Shown here one piece after another: positions 1 through 14,595 of a stretch of 64,000 nucleotides of DNA. Made by a program: the position numbers and the translations under genes. Positions within the stretch are counted from its first letter, which is position 1, and each line of letters begins with the position of its first letter. Source of the stretch: Octopus vulgaris (Eukaryota); the NCBI GenBank assembly GCA_951406725.2, contig OX597838.1, forward strand, positions 2,294,001 to 2,358,000. Direction: 5' to 3'. Under the pieces are notes generated by a model. The model was given only the letters and a program-made list of their open reading frames with translations. It made no database searches and had not been told where the DNA came from.

Positions 1-38
1 ATACTGTTGTGTTCTGCGGTTATATCAGAATGCTGTAG

Positions 39-258
39 AAGGAGGTGAGCTGGCAGAACCGTTAGCACGCCGGCCAAAAGTACTTCGCAACATTTCGTCC
101 GACTGCATGTACTGATTTCAAATTCCGACAAGGTCGACTCTGACTATTATCCCTTCGACGTCTATAAAATAAATACCAGTTGAGCAATGGGGCTCGATGT
201 AATCAATTTGCACCCTTCCTCATAATTGCTCACCTTCTGGCAAAACCTGAAACCAAAA
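39..258 (+). mobile_element. SINE family C copy (about 215 bp)
   Basis: Starts AAGG(C/A)GGTGAGCTGGCAGAACCGTTAGCACGCCGG, has box B-like TTCAAATTCC and central GGTCGACTCTG...ATCCCTTCG...ATAAAATAAATACCAGTTG; homologous copies recur at 31584, 37097, 37371, 39456, 39839, 49801 and 50041. Confidence 0.85.
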
Positions 259-818
259 TTAGAAAGCCGTCGGCATTCAACCGAAGCAATCGCCCGACTG
301 GAACCTTCGTGTATGGTTATAGCTGGCAGCGGTAAAATACTGGCTTCTTCCATACTTACCAGAGCATACCTCTGCCGTCGTCTCTTCTCCTTCCTTCAAG
401 CACTTCGAGTTCATCCTTTGTTGATTTGAGCCAATCTTCTTGGAGCTGTTTGTGTTGGATTGCCTCGAAATCCGCTGTCAGCGGCTATAATTGAGTGCAA
501 TTGTCTAGACTACATGGAGGTGAACAGGCGCGGTGGGGGTGGGGGTGATGTATGGGGGAGTTTGCGTGCGTTTTTATCTGAATATAGAGAACATTTCGTT
601 ATATATGTGTGTGTTTGTGTGTGTGTGTGTGTGCGTATGTGTCTATGTATGACTGTATGTATGTATGTATATATGTATTTATGTATGCATGCGTACGTAT
701 GTATATATAGGCACATACATACATACATACATATATAGATAGATATAGATATATATGTATACTATATATATGTGTGTGTATATATATATATATGTGTGTA
801 TATATATATATATATAAA

Positions 819-850
<32 letters not shown>

Positions 851-851
851 C

Positions 852-897
<46 letters not shown>

Positions 898-1430
898 ATA
901 TACATATATATATATACACACACACGTACATAACATACTTAAACACACACACGCAGTAATACACGTACCTACATTCATTGATGCAAATGGCCCGCAAACA
1001 GCATCCAGATATATAAACACATAGACGCACACAGACATGCACACATATACATACACCCATGTATGTGCATATACGTGTCTATATATATATACACGTATAT
1101 GTACACGCAAACACCAAACAAAACATTCGCATATATTTGTAGACGGAGGCCAATCTATAAACATGGTTAGTTAATAGTTAAGATGTTTAAACGTCTATTC
1201 ACCAAGAGTAATTGATGGGCCATTGACGTGTTTATATCATTAGAAGGAAAAAGCTGACATAGAAAATTCGGTGTGGAATTGAGGATTTTCAGAGAACATG
1301 GCTGGAATCGATAGTCATGGCATTAATTTAATTCTAGCCAGCATCATTTTACCAAACATACAAGAGATGGATAGACTTTCTGAAACGTGATTTTCAATGC
1401 GCTTGTTTACGCTTGTCTATGTGTGCGCGG

Positions 1431-1672
<242 letters not shown>

Positions 1673-1804
1673 TCTCACACATCTGTATATATTTATGCAT
1701 AGATAGATGGAGGATTGTATATGTATGCTTGTGTCCACGTACAAATATATGCACTTATGTATGTGTATGTCTTTACATATAAAATCTAGTATGTATGTGT
1801 GTTT

Positions 1805-1845
<41 letters not shown>

Positions 1846-2036
1846 CGCGGGCGTATGTCTGAGCATGCCAGCGTGTTAAGTGGGACTTGGTTTCACGTCT
1901 TCTGCTAGAAAGAGAAGACAATTTTATTTTAGTATAATATAAATATATATTTACTAAGAAAACAGAAGGTACGCACTCTGACACTGGTTAATTACTTTCA
2001 TCGCCCTTGTCTTCTGTTTCCTTCTTTCTCACACTC

Positions 2037-2037
<1 letters not shown>

Positions 2038-2118
<81 letters not shown>
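2038..2118. repeat. (CA)n microsatellite
   Basis: Directly visible. Confidence 0.98.
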
Positions 2119-2121
<3 letters not shown>

Positions 2122-2404
2122 GTAAACGATTTTATTTGCAACTCTTTCGTCGATTCCTCCTTCCATCGTGCCATTCCTTGCGCTCCTCTATTTCTCTTGT
2201 TTCCAACATTTTCGGTTTTTGCAACGTAAATTCTAAATTGGCGAAATATCCTCGAAATTGTATTAAAAAAAATACGACTTAGTTCTGTCTTTCGGTGAAA
2301 ATGTAGCAGAAAAGTCTGTCTGTAGTATAGTAACGCAATCCCGTCAACCATCTCAGCATCTCCTGTTTTATGAAGCCTGTCGCTTCATCCTTTGCCTATT
2401 GTCG

Positions 2405-2518
2405 TTTTTTGTTTCAGTCATTAGACTGCGGCCATGCTGGGGCACCGCTTCGAAGAATTTTATTCCAACGAATCGACCCTTGTTTGGTAAGCTTAAGCCT
2501 GGTATTTACTCTACACTC

Positions 2519-2553
<35 letters not shown>

Positions 2554-2751
2554 CACAAGCACACAAACACACACACACACACACACAAATATATATGCGA
2601 CGAGCTTCTTTCAGTTTCCCTCTACCAAAGCCACTCTCAAGGCTTTGTTCTAGCTGATGCAATTATAGAACACGGACTCCCAAGTTGCCACACGATGGGA
2701 CTGAAACCGGAACTCTATGGTTGGAAAGCAAACTACTTGGCCAACAGCCAC
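2405..2751 (-). mobile_element. SINE family A copy (diverged)
   Basis: Reverse complement of the 3759-4203 element: head, GAAAGAAGCTCGTCG, internal (GT)n, tail GCGGTGCCCCAGCATGGCCGCAGTCTAATGACTGAAAC. Confidence 0.85.
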
Positions 2752-2869
2752 TCTCTATCCTTCCATAGAGATTTTCGTCAAATAATGCTTATTTATTGTC
2801 TCGTTCGTACGATCTTTCGAACTCCCTATTATCTTTAATGTTTATTCAACAAAATCACAACGCATTATT

Positions 2870-3342
2870 AATTACAGCTTGGGCACAATTGTGTGTGTAT
2901 GTGTGTGTGTGCGTGTGTGTATGTGTGTGTGTGCGTGCATGTGTATGCTCGTTCGCATGCGTGTATACATGTGTGCGTGTGCGTGTGTTGTGTATGCGCG
3001 CACGTGTGTGTGCGTGCGTGTATGTGTGCATAATGTGTGTGTGCGCGCGAGTGCGAGTGCCTTTGTGTGCACGCGCGCACGTATGTGTGCGTGTGTGCGT
3101 GTGTGTGTTTGTGCGTGTTTGTGTGTGAGTGTGTGTCAGTGTGTCAGTGTGTGTGAGTGTGTGTGTGCATGCGTGTGGCTGTGTATTTGTATGTGTCTGT
3201 GTGTGTGCGTATGTGTATGCGTGTATGTGTGTGTGTATGTGTTTGTGTGTGCATCCAGGTGAAATGTTTACTGTATGTGGGCCAAGCGGTTCGAGAGGTT
3301 TCCGTGGGGGGGTGTCCCCCCCCCCCCTTGTAAGCGGTTAGT
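2870..3342 (+). mobile_element. Putative Helentron-type non-autonomous element (HINE/DINE-1-like)
   Basis: Imperfect subterminal inverted repeats ACAGCTTGGGCACA (2874-2887) and TGTGGGCCAAGCGGT (3276-3290), internal (GT)-rich microsatellite, G7-TGT-C12 hairpin (3306-3327), end TTAGT. Confidence 0.55.
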
Positions 3343-3758
3343 GATATTGAGAAAGAAGGAGCATCAACGGCAAACGCTCTCCACATAAGCAATACATCAA
3401 TAGGAAGAGATAAAAATAACCCGGATGCCGATGGTCGGCTGTCAGAAATAACGTATTACACAGTTACACTTCAGCATTTCCATTATTTTTTCTCGATTTG
3501 ATTCATTGTTAATTAATCGGTGTTAATTGATAATTCTCTAAGTGAAGTTGCACGCGCATGTGTGCGACGGTATGTCTGTGTGTCTGTGTATGCGTGTGTC
3601 TGTGTCGAAATGTGTGTGTGTGTGTAGCTGTCTTTCGCGTGAGCTATGTTAAGCCTGTTCCAGTCTCTTCAACTGAACACTGTTTCGTGTTCTACTGACC
3701 CTAATCAGTTTGTTTGGTGATAAAGGGCTGTATTGTTATTACATGTTTTTAAATATAT

Positions 3759-3926
3759 AGGCGCAAGCGTGACTGTGTGGTAAGAAACTTGCTTCCCAAC
3801 CACATGGTTCCGGGTTCAGTCCCACTACGTGGCACGTTGGGCAAGTGTCTTCTGCTACAGCCTTGGGTTGATCAAAGATTTGTGAGTGGGTTTGATAGAT
3901 GGAAACTGAAAGAAGCCCGTCGTATT

Positions 3927-3984
<58 letters not shown>

Positions 3985-4203
3985 TGTGTGTGTATTTGTA
4001 TGTCTGTGTTTGTCCACCTCCATCGCTTGACAACCGATATTGGTGTGTTTACCTTCCCGTAACTTAGCGGTTCGGCAAAAGCGAACGATAGAATAAGCAC
4101 TAGGCTTACAAAGAATAAGTCCTGGGGTCAATTTGTTCGACTGAAGGCGGTGCTTCAGCATGGCCGCAGTCAAATGACTGAAATAAATAAAAGAATAATA
4201 GAA
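3759..4203 (+). mobile_element. SINE family A, full length (tRNA-like head, internal microsatellite, LINE-like tail)
   Basis: Head GGCGCAAGCGTGACTGTGTGGTAAG (box A-like) and GGTTCAGTCCC (box B-like), CORE-like GGCACGTTGGGCAAGT, (GT)n, tail GGCGGTGCTTCAGCATGGCCGCAGTCAAATGACTGAAA; about 9 related copies in the window. Confidence 0.9.
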
Positions 4204-4469
4204 TGAAAGAATATGTCCATTGGCCTCAGTGTGGCCAATTATCAAATCAACAACTTATATGGCATCAGAGAACCCGAAAGAATGCTTTTCGACCTTTGTT
4301 CGCCATCTTTAAATTCTCAGATGATATCCGTATCATCCTTTATCTTTAAGTTCCATACAATAAGCACATATCTATGAACTTGCCGTATCGAGCAGCCTTT
4401 CTCTAAGAATTTCTTGCCCTTGCGTCTAAATCAGATCCCATATTTTCATTGCACATATTCATTTAACAT

Positions 4470-4660
4470 ACCATACTCAGGTTATAACACACTGCAGCCT
4501 GGGTAAGTGCAGTGTCTCGTTTGGTGTCAGTCGTTCCCATTACATTGAATATATTCTATGCAATGCATGTGCAGTTTCTAGTGGTGCCATTTTTCATTTT
4601 TGCTGTTTCTCGCTTGACATCATTCCCAAAGTGTCTATTAATATCTATTGATACAGAAAT
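4470..4660 (-). mobile_element. Possible 3' end of an R4/Dong-like non-LTR element (decayed)
   Basis: Minus-strand translation ...EKQQK*KMAPLETAHALHRI resembles the C-terminal QKxxLLGTAHILR motif of RLE-type elements. Confidence 0.4.
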
Positions 4661-5449
4661 TGTTTGTCCTTCCCAGCATCTCCCTTTCCAGATGTTTACA
4701 TTCGGAGAGAAATCTTCAGGCAAGTCTTACCAGGCCAGACGGGTCGAAGGGTAGGAGACAGAAAAAACCTTAACGACAATAAATCGAAACATCGGCAGCA
4801 GGGCGTGGATTTATTTATCGACAGGGGACCTAACAGATCAGATTCCTGGCTTTGAACTAACAGGATGTCATGCGGAGGATCTTGAATAGAAGACAATGGA
4901 GGAAACCCTAATATTCCTAGTTAGATGGAAACTGCGAAACCACATGGAGTAGCACCCTGTGACTCCTATTCTATGCGTAACCGAAACCCCTAATGGGGCG
5001 TCCTATGGGACGGCCAAGACATTCGGATAATTTCCCCATTCCTTTGACAGACACATCATCACTATCATTCATTTATTGTTTGACTAATACTTCAGTTTAG
5101 CGGCACTTTCTTTCTTGAGGGTCCATCACGTCCATATCTGCCAGTTAAGCTTTGGTCTCCACATTTCAGTGAATTAGTATATCTCAGTGTATGGTCGTTT
5201 TATCATGCTTTGGTCCCTATTCGATCATTAGTTTCTCAATTAAAACAAACATTCGCCACAGTTTGCAAAATATCCATAAATCATCCACAAGTTCACAAAA
5301 CGTTCACGATGAACAAATGTTATATGAGGATGTACAGATAATGCTTACACACCTCAAATGCGTTTCTCTCGAATGCGCCAGTGTCCATCCTTACTGGTAA
5401 TCTTCCAAATCTTTACAGAATGTTCAAATAGCTGGTTGTGCCAGTCATA

Positions 5450-5729
5450 AATGGAAAAATAGACAAGTTTCTTAGCGTTTCTCCAATGTCATAACGGTAT
5501 TAATTCAAAACCTTGGTCCGTGTTATTTCTTATCTGCTCATTTCGCTTCTGCACAAATCTATAATCATTTGGCATTGTGCATTTAAATTAAATACTTCCA
5601 AACTCCTTCGCCGAGATATTGTCATTTGGACAAGACACAGTAATTTCATACGCAAGACCTGGATCTGTTGTCTTTTGTAAGGATGTCTGGTCGGTTTGCT
5701 CTTATCTGCCTCTCTGTACGGACTTCCAT
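5450..5729 (-). mobile_element. R4/Dong-like non-LTR retrotransposon, restriction-like endonuclease remnant
   Basis: Minus strand reads MEVRTERQIRANRPDILTKD... then, after a stop and frameshift, VSCPNDNISAKEF; this fits the NRPDI...D/E..P.D.N...KE pattern of the RLE domain. Confidence 0.7.
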
Positions 5730-6214
5730 ATTACACACATACACACACACATACACACATACACACTTACACATACATACAAGCAACAACAAGAACATAC
5801 TCGCACACACACAGAAACAACAAGCAGGCACATACAAACACACACACACGCACGCACGCATGAAAGAAACACATGCACACACAAAAATATTTCATCTTTT
5901 ATGTGTTTGCTTTATTTTTCTTTTATATTTTTACTTTTTTTTATATTTTGCAAACGAACAAATTCTTTTCAAACAGCAGTTGCAACATCAACAATAACAA
6001 CTACAAAAAATAACATCTAAATCATCATCGCCACCACTACCACCATTGCCACCAACGCCAACAACAGCAACAACAACATCTGCTACTGCTGTTGTTGTTG
6101 CAGAAAAACAATAAATCAAACCGAAGCAATAAACTTAGATTTCAAAATGCAGTTTTCTTTCTGGCAGAAATCCCAAAGCCACAGAGAAACCGTCCAAACT
6201 TTTAGTCGTTGCTG

Positions 6215-7105
<891 letters not shown>

Positions 7106-7625
7106 ACCATTGTCATTATTATTGTTCTGCTTTAGTTTGGATGGAAAAGAAAGTAACAGAGAAGGCAAACAGGGAAAGAGATTGAGGTCGATGGTACACG
7201 CGTGTGTAACACGGCGGTGGTGTGTGTTTGTGTAACGTAGTGCAATGTAGTGTGTGTGTGTGTGCGCGTGTATTTAATACGTAGTGTGGTTCTGGTGTAG
7301 ACAGCGGTTTGGCGGTTCGGTGGAGTGTTGGGGGTTAAGGTTGGATGCAAATGGCGTGGTGTAGACAGAAGCTGGGTTCGGTTAGGGCTTGGTCTGTGTG
7401 CACCAGAATATTATTATAAAATTTTTTTAAAAAAGCAGAAACAGAGAAAGTTTTCTGTTCAACTCGCAATTGTTATTCAGCTCTACATATGTATACACTA
7501 GTGTGTGCATCTGTGTATGCGTATATATATAAATATATGTATGAATATCTGCATGCCTATATATATCATTATGTGCGTATTTGCATGTATATATATATAT
7601 ATATATATATGTATCTCTCTCTCTT

Positions 7626-7661
<36 letters not shown>

Positions 7662-8004
7662 CACACATATATGTATGCATATGTTCCTGTATACGCATAC
7701 ACGTATAAGTATGTGTATGCGCGTATATATTTATATGTGAGTGGCGGGTGTTTGCATGTGCTAATTCCTTTCTATGTAAGGGTATATATATATATGTGTA
7801 TGTGTGTGTGTGTATACATGTATGTATATGTGTGGGTGTATGTAAATCATGTTGATTGTATTTGTCTCCATGAATGCAAATGGATGTGCACGTGTTTGTA
7901 TCTGTGCATATGTTTGCATGCAAATTTGCGCATGCGTTCTTATTGTTGGCGACGGAGATTGTTTTAGATTTCATCACGATTACGTTGACCACTACAAACT
8001 TGCC

Positions 8005-8101
8005 AACGACGATGATGATGATGGTGGTGGTGTGGTGGTGGTGGTGATGATGATGATGATGATGATGATGATAGTGGTGGTGGTGGTGGTGGTGATGACG
8101 A

Positions 8102-8135
<34 letters not shown>

Positions 8136-8287
8136 GGTGGTGGTGGTAGTGGTGGTGGAGGTGGTGGTAGTGGCGATGATGGTGATGATGATGATGATGA
8201 TGATGATGACGACGACGACGATGATGATGATGATGATGACGACGACGATGATGATGATGATGATGACGACGACGACGACGACGATGA

Positions 8288-8321
<34 letters not shown>

Positions 8322-8338
8322 GTTGGTGGTGGTGGTGA

Positions 8339-8370
<32 letters not shown>

Positions 8371-8772
8371 TTGGTGGTGGTGGAGATGATGATCCATCAT
8401 GATCACGATAATGATGGCGATGATGCTCATGAGGAAGATGTGAACGGTGGTGATAATGATGACGTTGTTGATGATGTTTATGACGGAGATAATAATGATG
8501 ATGTGTATGATGGCGATGGTGCTTCTGATAATGACGACGACGATGATGATGATGATGATGACGATGACGATGATGACAATGATGATGATGATTATAAAAA
8601 TGGCAATGATGTTAGTGTGTTTCTTGTTGGTGACGCAAATATTGTTGCAGTTCTTGTTCTTGTTGTTAGTGTTTGTTCCACCAATAACCTTTGAGTTTTT
8701 GTCATTCTTGTTGCCATTGGTAACAATTATGCAGGTGTTTTTGATAGGGATACTAATATTTGTTTGGGTGGA

Positions 8773-8835
<63 letters not shown>

Positions 8836-8890
8836 GAGGAGGAGGAGGAGGAGGAGGAGGAGGAGGAAGAGCAGCAGCAGCAGCAGTAGC

Positions 8891-8947
<57 letters not shown>
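8005..8947. repeat. Compound trinucleotide microsatellite (GAT/GGT/GAC/AGT/AGG/AGC)n
   Basis: Directly visible. Confidence 0.95.
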
Positions 8948-10221
8948 TGATGTAGCTATAGTTCCTCTTCTGATTTTGTTGATGTTGTTATTGTGGTTGT
9001 TTGATTCGGCCTTCTGTGGTGTTCGGATGTTTATTACATATTATGATACTGGACCAAAAAATTGTAGTTATCAGGTATTGTACCCACCCAAATACATTAC
9101 TGGTATTACAATGCTCTCAGAAGTACTTTTTCAAACTCCACACACAATCAAAGATGGTGAAGTGGAGATGTTAAAAGTTTTAGTTTTCTGTAACAATATA
9201 ATATTCCTCCGATACTTTTGATGTTTTATTCTTTTGCACTGAGGAGTAATTTAATTATAATTAATTTAATTTTTTCCATGTTTCTTACATGTTGGTGTTG
9301 CCATTCGAAACGATCGTATGCATGGATTAAAATTTTATAAAAACTTTTAACATCCTCCAGCTTTAATTGTTTGTTGAGTTTATATAGGATACGTGTTCTA
9401 TAAATGTTCATAACACACTTTATATATATATGTGTATATGTATATATGTATATGTATGTATATATGCATATATATGTGCTGTGTGTGTATGTATGTGTGT
9501 ATGTGTGTATGTATGTATGTATGTATGTATGTATGTATGTATGTATATATGCATGCATACATGTATATATTGTGTTCTGAAATATATGTATATTGGCTTC
9601 TAACACCCGGTTCTTAGTAGCGCTAACGCCCTCGATATTAAGAACATGGCGGATCAATTAATTGGCAAAGGTTCAATATGCTAACAGATAACGTTTGTCC
9701 CATTAGCATTTTCCCATCACTATTCCATAGTTTTCTGTTTTTCTCATTTAATGTCCTCACTCAATCACCGAGGCCCAGGAAGTAGGATAATATATCGAAG
9801 AGTAGTTCTTCATCCTTGTTCTTATTTATGGAAATGGAGAGTCATTTCTATCAGCATAAAAATTTTACGGCCTGGATCAACGACCAGACGTCCCTGAAAT
9901 TATTTTCTGTTGTCTCAGTAGAGAACGCTGCCCGATATAGACACAAAAGATTATCGCGGTTAATGCTGTTAAGTTATCGCTTCTCACTACATGCGATAGG
10001 TTTTACTATGGCCAGCATTGATATTTACAAACACACACACACACACACAAACAGACGAACGATCACAACCACTCACAGCTACATTACATATCTGCACATA
10101 TACATGTATGTGTGTGTGCGTGTGAGGGTGGTGGTTCTGTGTCTGTAAGTGTGTTTGTGTAGTATGCTTTTGTGTAAATACATACATAAGTAATTACACA
10201 CATATACATATACATACATAT

Positions 10222-10261
<40 letters not shown>

Positions 10262-10356
10262 ATATATATATGTATGTATATATATGTGTATATATATATG
10301 TATGTATATATGTGTATATATCTATATCTATATATATATATATCTATAGCTATATC

Positions 10357-10403
<47 letters not shown>

Positions 10404-11542
10404 ACATATATGATATAAACATATATGTAATCAATACATTCGTATACACGTACATATATACGTATTTATGTGTGTGTGTGCGTGTTTGTAAGCATCTATG
10501 CACATCAATATCTTTCAGGCATATGTGTGTGTGTGTCTATTGCGTACATATATCCATACGGTCACACAAACATACATCTACGAATCTCTTTTGTGACGAA
10601 ATGGAAGGTTCTTTTTTTTTATTCTTGCATATTTGTTTTTCTTTCTTTTATTTTCTCTTTGTTGCAGAATGTCTGTTGGAATTTATTTCAGGAAATGCAC
10701 CAGAATAGTTACAGTTATGCATCAAATTTGCAACTGTCAAATCAGCAATAACGAAATGCAATTAAACTATCATTTAAATAAAACAAACCAACAATTAGTC
10801 GCATTTTTTCCTTTTCTTTGTTTGTTTTATTTAATTTTTTAAATATATTCTTTGTTTTTAAAGATTTTCGCCATCGATTGTGTGATGAGATGAAGTGGGT
10901 GCGGATGTACTGCATAAACTGGGCGTATTCGGGGTGGCGGATGAGAATTCTCACACGGCTATACAGACACACAAACGCACACACACACACACACACACAC
11001 ACATCTGCATATCTGAATTTCTCTCTCTCTCTGTTTCACACTTACTTTATCTATAAGCATACATATTTATAGATACACACATTCACACACACATACACAC
11101 GCATATATATGTATATACACGTCCATACATACACACATGTATATGTATAGCATATTGAATATGTGAAATTCAGCCATATATATATGATAAATTGATAGAT
11201 TTATGTGTTAAACGCAACACATATCGACCGACCTAATCTGAGGCATAATACCACAAAATGCTCGATGCAAAGGCAACCATAAAGAGAAAATATGTAACAT
11301 TGTTTTGTTAGTTTAGACGATGAATATGGAACAGGGTGAAAGGATTTCAGAAAATATACGTCATAAATGTGTGAAAATAAGAATATAGCGATCGCAAATT
11401 GTCTGTGTACGTGTGTGTGTGTGTGTACTATGTATGCATACATACACGCATATATACACATACATATATGTATGTTTATATATAGATTTTTTAACGTATA
11501 TGTATCTACATATCTTAAAGTATTCTAAAATACTTCTATAAT

Positions 11543-11710
11543 AGGCGTAGTCAGGGCTGTGTGGTAAGAAGCTTGCTTATCAACCACATGGTTCTGTGTA
11601 CAGTGCTATTGCGTGGCACCTTGGGCAAGTTTCTTCTACTATAGCCTCGAGCAGACCAAAGCTTTGTGAGTGGATTTGGTAGACGGAAACTGAAAGAAGC
11701 CTGCCGTATA
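11543..11710 (+). mobile_element. SINE family A, 5' half
   Basis: GGCTGTGTGGTAAGAAGCTTGC...GGCACCTTGGGCAAGT...GACGGAAACTGAAAGAAGCC, ending at a TA tract. Confidence 0.85.
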
Positions 11711-11719
11711 TATATAATG

Positions 11720-11840
11720 TTTTCTTTTTATTTTCTCTGTTTATTTCTTCCCGTTCCTTTCGGTTGAAGAGCGCAGGCGCGAAACGTAAAAGATTTTCTC
11801 CCGTTCCCCAGCGTCAACCTAATACACATACTTGTTGTTT

Positions 11841-11850
<10 letters not shown>
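11720..11850 (+). mobile_element. Penelope-type terminal repeat fragment with a degenerate hammerhead
   Basis: CGGTTGAAGAGCGCAGGCGCGAAACGTAAAAGA...GCGTCAACCTAATACAC; homologous to the minus-strand copy at 14310-14430. Confidence 0.55.
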
Positions 11851-11925
<75 letters not shown>

Positions 11926-11969
11926 TGTGTGCGTGTGTTTGTGTGTGTGTTTATGTTTGCATGTGTGTT

Positions 11970-12330
11970 GGACTCCTGTAGTTAAGTCTGACCGTACATT
12001 TGCCCATGTATCTGCAAGTTTCTGCAATATTTTTTAGAGATATCAGACTGCAGACTGTTGCCAGCACTTCTACATCTCTCCCTCTCAACCCCCGCAAAGT
12101 TTTTTCAAAGGAAAGGCCGTCCACTTTGATCGATACAGCTTTCTGTCACTTTATTCTCCAGTCTTACTGTAAGAACCTAAAGGACAAGAAGAAAATCCGC
12201 AAGGCACCTGGCCTCATATTCTGGAGGCTGCATGTATCAACCGATCTGCTTTTATGGGAAGTCCCAGACTTTGGGCGTTTGCATTCGCCAGTGAATTTAA
12301 GTGTTGATGTGTTTAGCTCAATCATAACTG
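11970..12330 (-). mobile_element. Possible Tx1/L1-like LINE C-terminal remnant
   Basis: Non-repetitive island between microsatellites; minus-strand translation ends KLADTWANV, loosely like Tx1-clade C-termini; weak. Confidence 0.3.
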
Positions 12331-12564
12331 CTGTACATGTATGTATTTGTGTATATTATAAGCGCATATATTTATACATATATAGATGTATTTCTCTATG
12401 CAGTTTTATGTTTATACAAGTATCATTTGCAGAGACACACAGCATTGGATTCAAGATATTCACAAACTAATATTGTCGGTACTGACGATTCCTGCTGCTA
12501 TTCTGTGAATCTCACTTCGGTTCGAACCGCTCTAAGGTTACACATACGCACAGGCATAGAAAGA

Positions 12565-12640
<76 letters not shown>

Positions 12641-13530
12641 TGTATATGTATATATACACACAAGCACAAACTGATATACAGAAAAATAACTTTTATATAT
12701 ATGTATGCATATATATTAATTTCTGCATTACATCTATATGTATAAATGTATATTACACCTGTGTGTGTGTGTGTGTGCGTGCGTGTGTATATGTATGTAT
12801 ATATATATATCCATACATATATATATATGTATATATATATATATTTATATATGTATATGTATGTATGCATGTATATATTATATGTATCTACACACATACA
12901 CACACCCACACACACACACGTGCTCATAGGCAAACACACCGATAGGTGTGCATACACATATAGACTGACACGCACTTGCACTTTTTTTTAAAGATGAAAA
13001 TATTGAAGACCTAACAAAAGCCGAATAGAACGAGAGGCTACTGAGCCAGACAGAGCCGAGAGAAGGAACGGTTCTTATATGAAATATAAAATATTTAAAT
13101 TAAAAAATTATCTGAAGAAAAATTTTCCAGAAACACAATTACTGGAGGAGAACTTAATCAAAAAAAAAAAAAAAAGAAAAGGAATGGAAAAAGGAAATAA
13201 ATAAAAGACTAAAAGAGGAGAGGAAGGAATTGGTAGATGGTGGCCAAAGTAATAGAAAGAATGAATTTGAAAGAAGACTGGTGGAAACTAGAAAGGAAAA
13301 AAACAGGAGTTTTTTCAGACTGTTCAAAGGATGAAAAGAAAGCTAAATTAATTAAAAACAATAGAATTCCAAGAGATTATGAAGAAGAAGAAGAAAAAAA
13401 TGGTTATTTTTCATTGTGAAGAAGAAAAACTTTTGATAAGACATTTTCAACCTTTTTGTTGTCGTTGTCGTTGCTGTTGAGAATGACTTCGAATATTTTA
13501 GGATTTCGATACTTTTACCCATGAAAACAT

Positions 13531-13586
<56 letters not shown>

Positions 13587-13661
13587 CGAGAAAGAATCTG
13601 TGTATACAAGTTCACATACACTTACAGACAATCATTCACACCCACCCAAACACTCACACAC

Positions 13662-13692
<31 letters not shown>

Positions 13693-13902
13693 ACTGTATA
13701 ATAATATATCATAATATATAATCTCCGATTTGAAGCTACCATTTTTAAATACAAACAAATGACCGAAATATGATGAGCTAACCCTTGCCAGAATCGAGTC
13801 CACAAATCAACGCTAACACGGTTCCTTGCGCATCCGGTTGGCCAAACGCCCACCCATCAATTAGTCTGAAATCTCTGAATTTCATTTATTTTCATTTGTG
13901 TT

Positions 13903-13962
13903 CCTCGCTGATGAAGGATGAATCCTTTTTAGATTGATCCAGAAATGAAAACCGATTCGGAG
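13903..13962 (+). ncRNA. Degenerate type I hammerhead-like motif
   Basis: ctcg-CTGATGA-A-GGAT...ATCC-A-GAAA-tgaaaaccga-TT-cggag; stems I and III imperfect. Confidence 0.4.
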
Positions 13963-14222
13963 ATAAGTATATCTTTATGAATTTCTGTAAGCTTGCTTTC
14001 CTCGTTTCGCCACGTGGTCTAACAATATAAGTGAATTTATTGGGTTAGACGAGTTAGCATCTATTGATCAGAATATCGGCATAGACATTTGTTTCTTTTT
14101 ACACTTATTTATAATTGTATTTATAATTTTCACCTTAAAAGGTATTTTTCATATGCTGGCTACTCTTAAAATTTTTAAATAAAATTTTATCCTTATATTC
14201 GTAGTGTTTACATACATACACG

Positions 14223-14268
<46 letters not shown>

Positions 14269-14361
14269 AATATAGCTGAAATTTATAAAAAAACAAAAAC
14301 GAAGACTGGTGCATAAGCAACGAGTAAGTGTATTAGTTTGACGCTCGGGAAAATGAAATAG

Positions 14362-14399
14362 TCTTTTACGTTTCGAGCCTACGCTCTTCATCAGAAGGA
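14362..14399 (-). ncRNA. Minimal type I hammerhead ribozyme motif (Penelope-type)
   Basis: Minus strand tcctt-CTGATGA-A-GAGC-gtag-GCTC-GAAA-CG-TA-aaaga; stem III reduced to the palindrome ACGT. Confidence 0.65.
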
Positions 14400-14515
14400 A
14401 TAAGAAAAGATAAACAAAGGAATGAAAAACTTGTTGAGTTCAGCGGTTCAATATGGCGAATGTATATACAAATAGATCCATCCATCCATCCATCCATCCA
14501 TCCATACATACATAC

Positions 14516-14546
<31 letters not shown>

Positions 14547-14595
14547 CATACATACATACATACATACATACACATATATATATATATATATATTT

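Noticed and set aside
4665-5050. GC-richer island with TGTC...GACA ends, a possible solo LTR
   Set aside because: No TSD, no second copy and no PBS or PPT seen; cannot be supported
7320-7395. TTAGGG-like sequence
   Set aside because: Only one exact unit among degenerate G/T-rich sequence; not an interstitial telomere array
7498-8694. Poly-His (310 aa) and Met/Val/Asp-rich (281 aa) ORFs
   Set aside because: Both overlap a compound trinucleotide SSR that is open on both strands, and both begin or end in other SSRs
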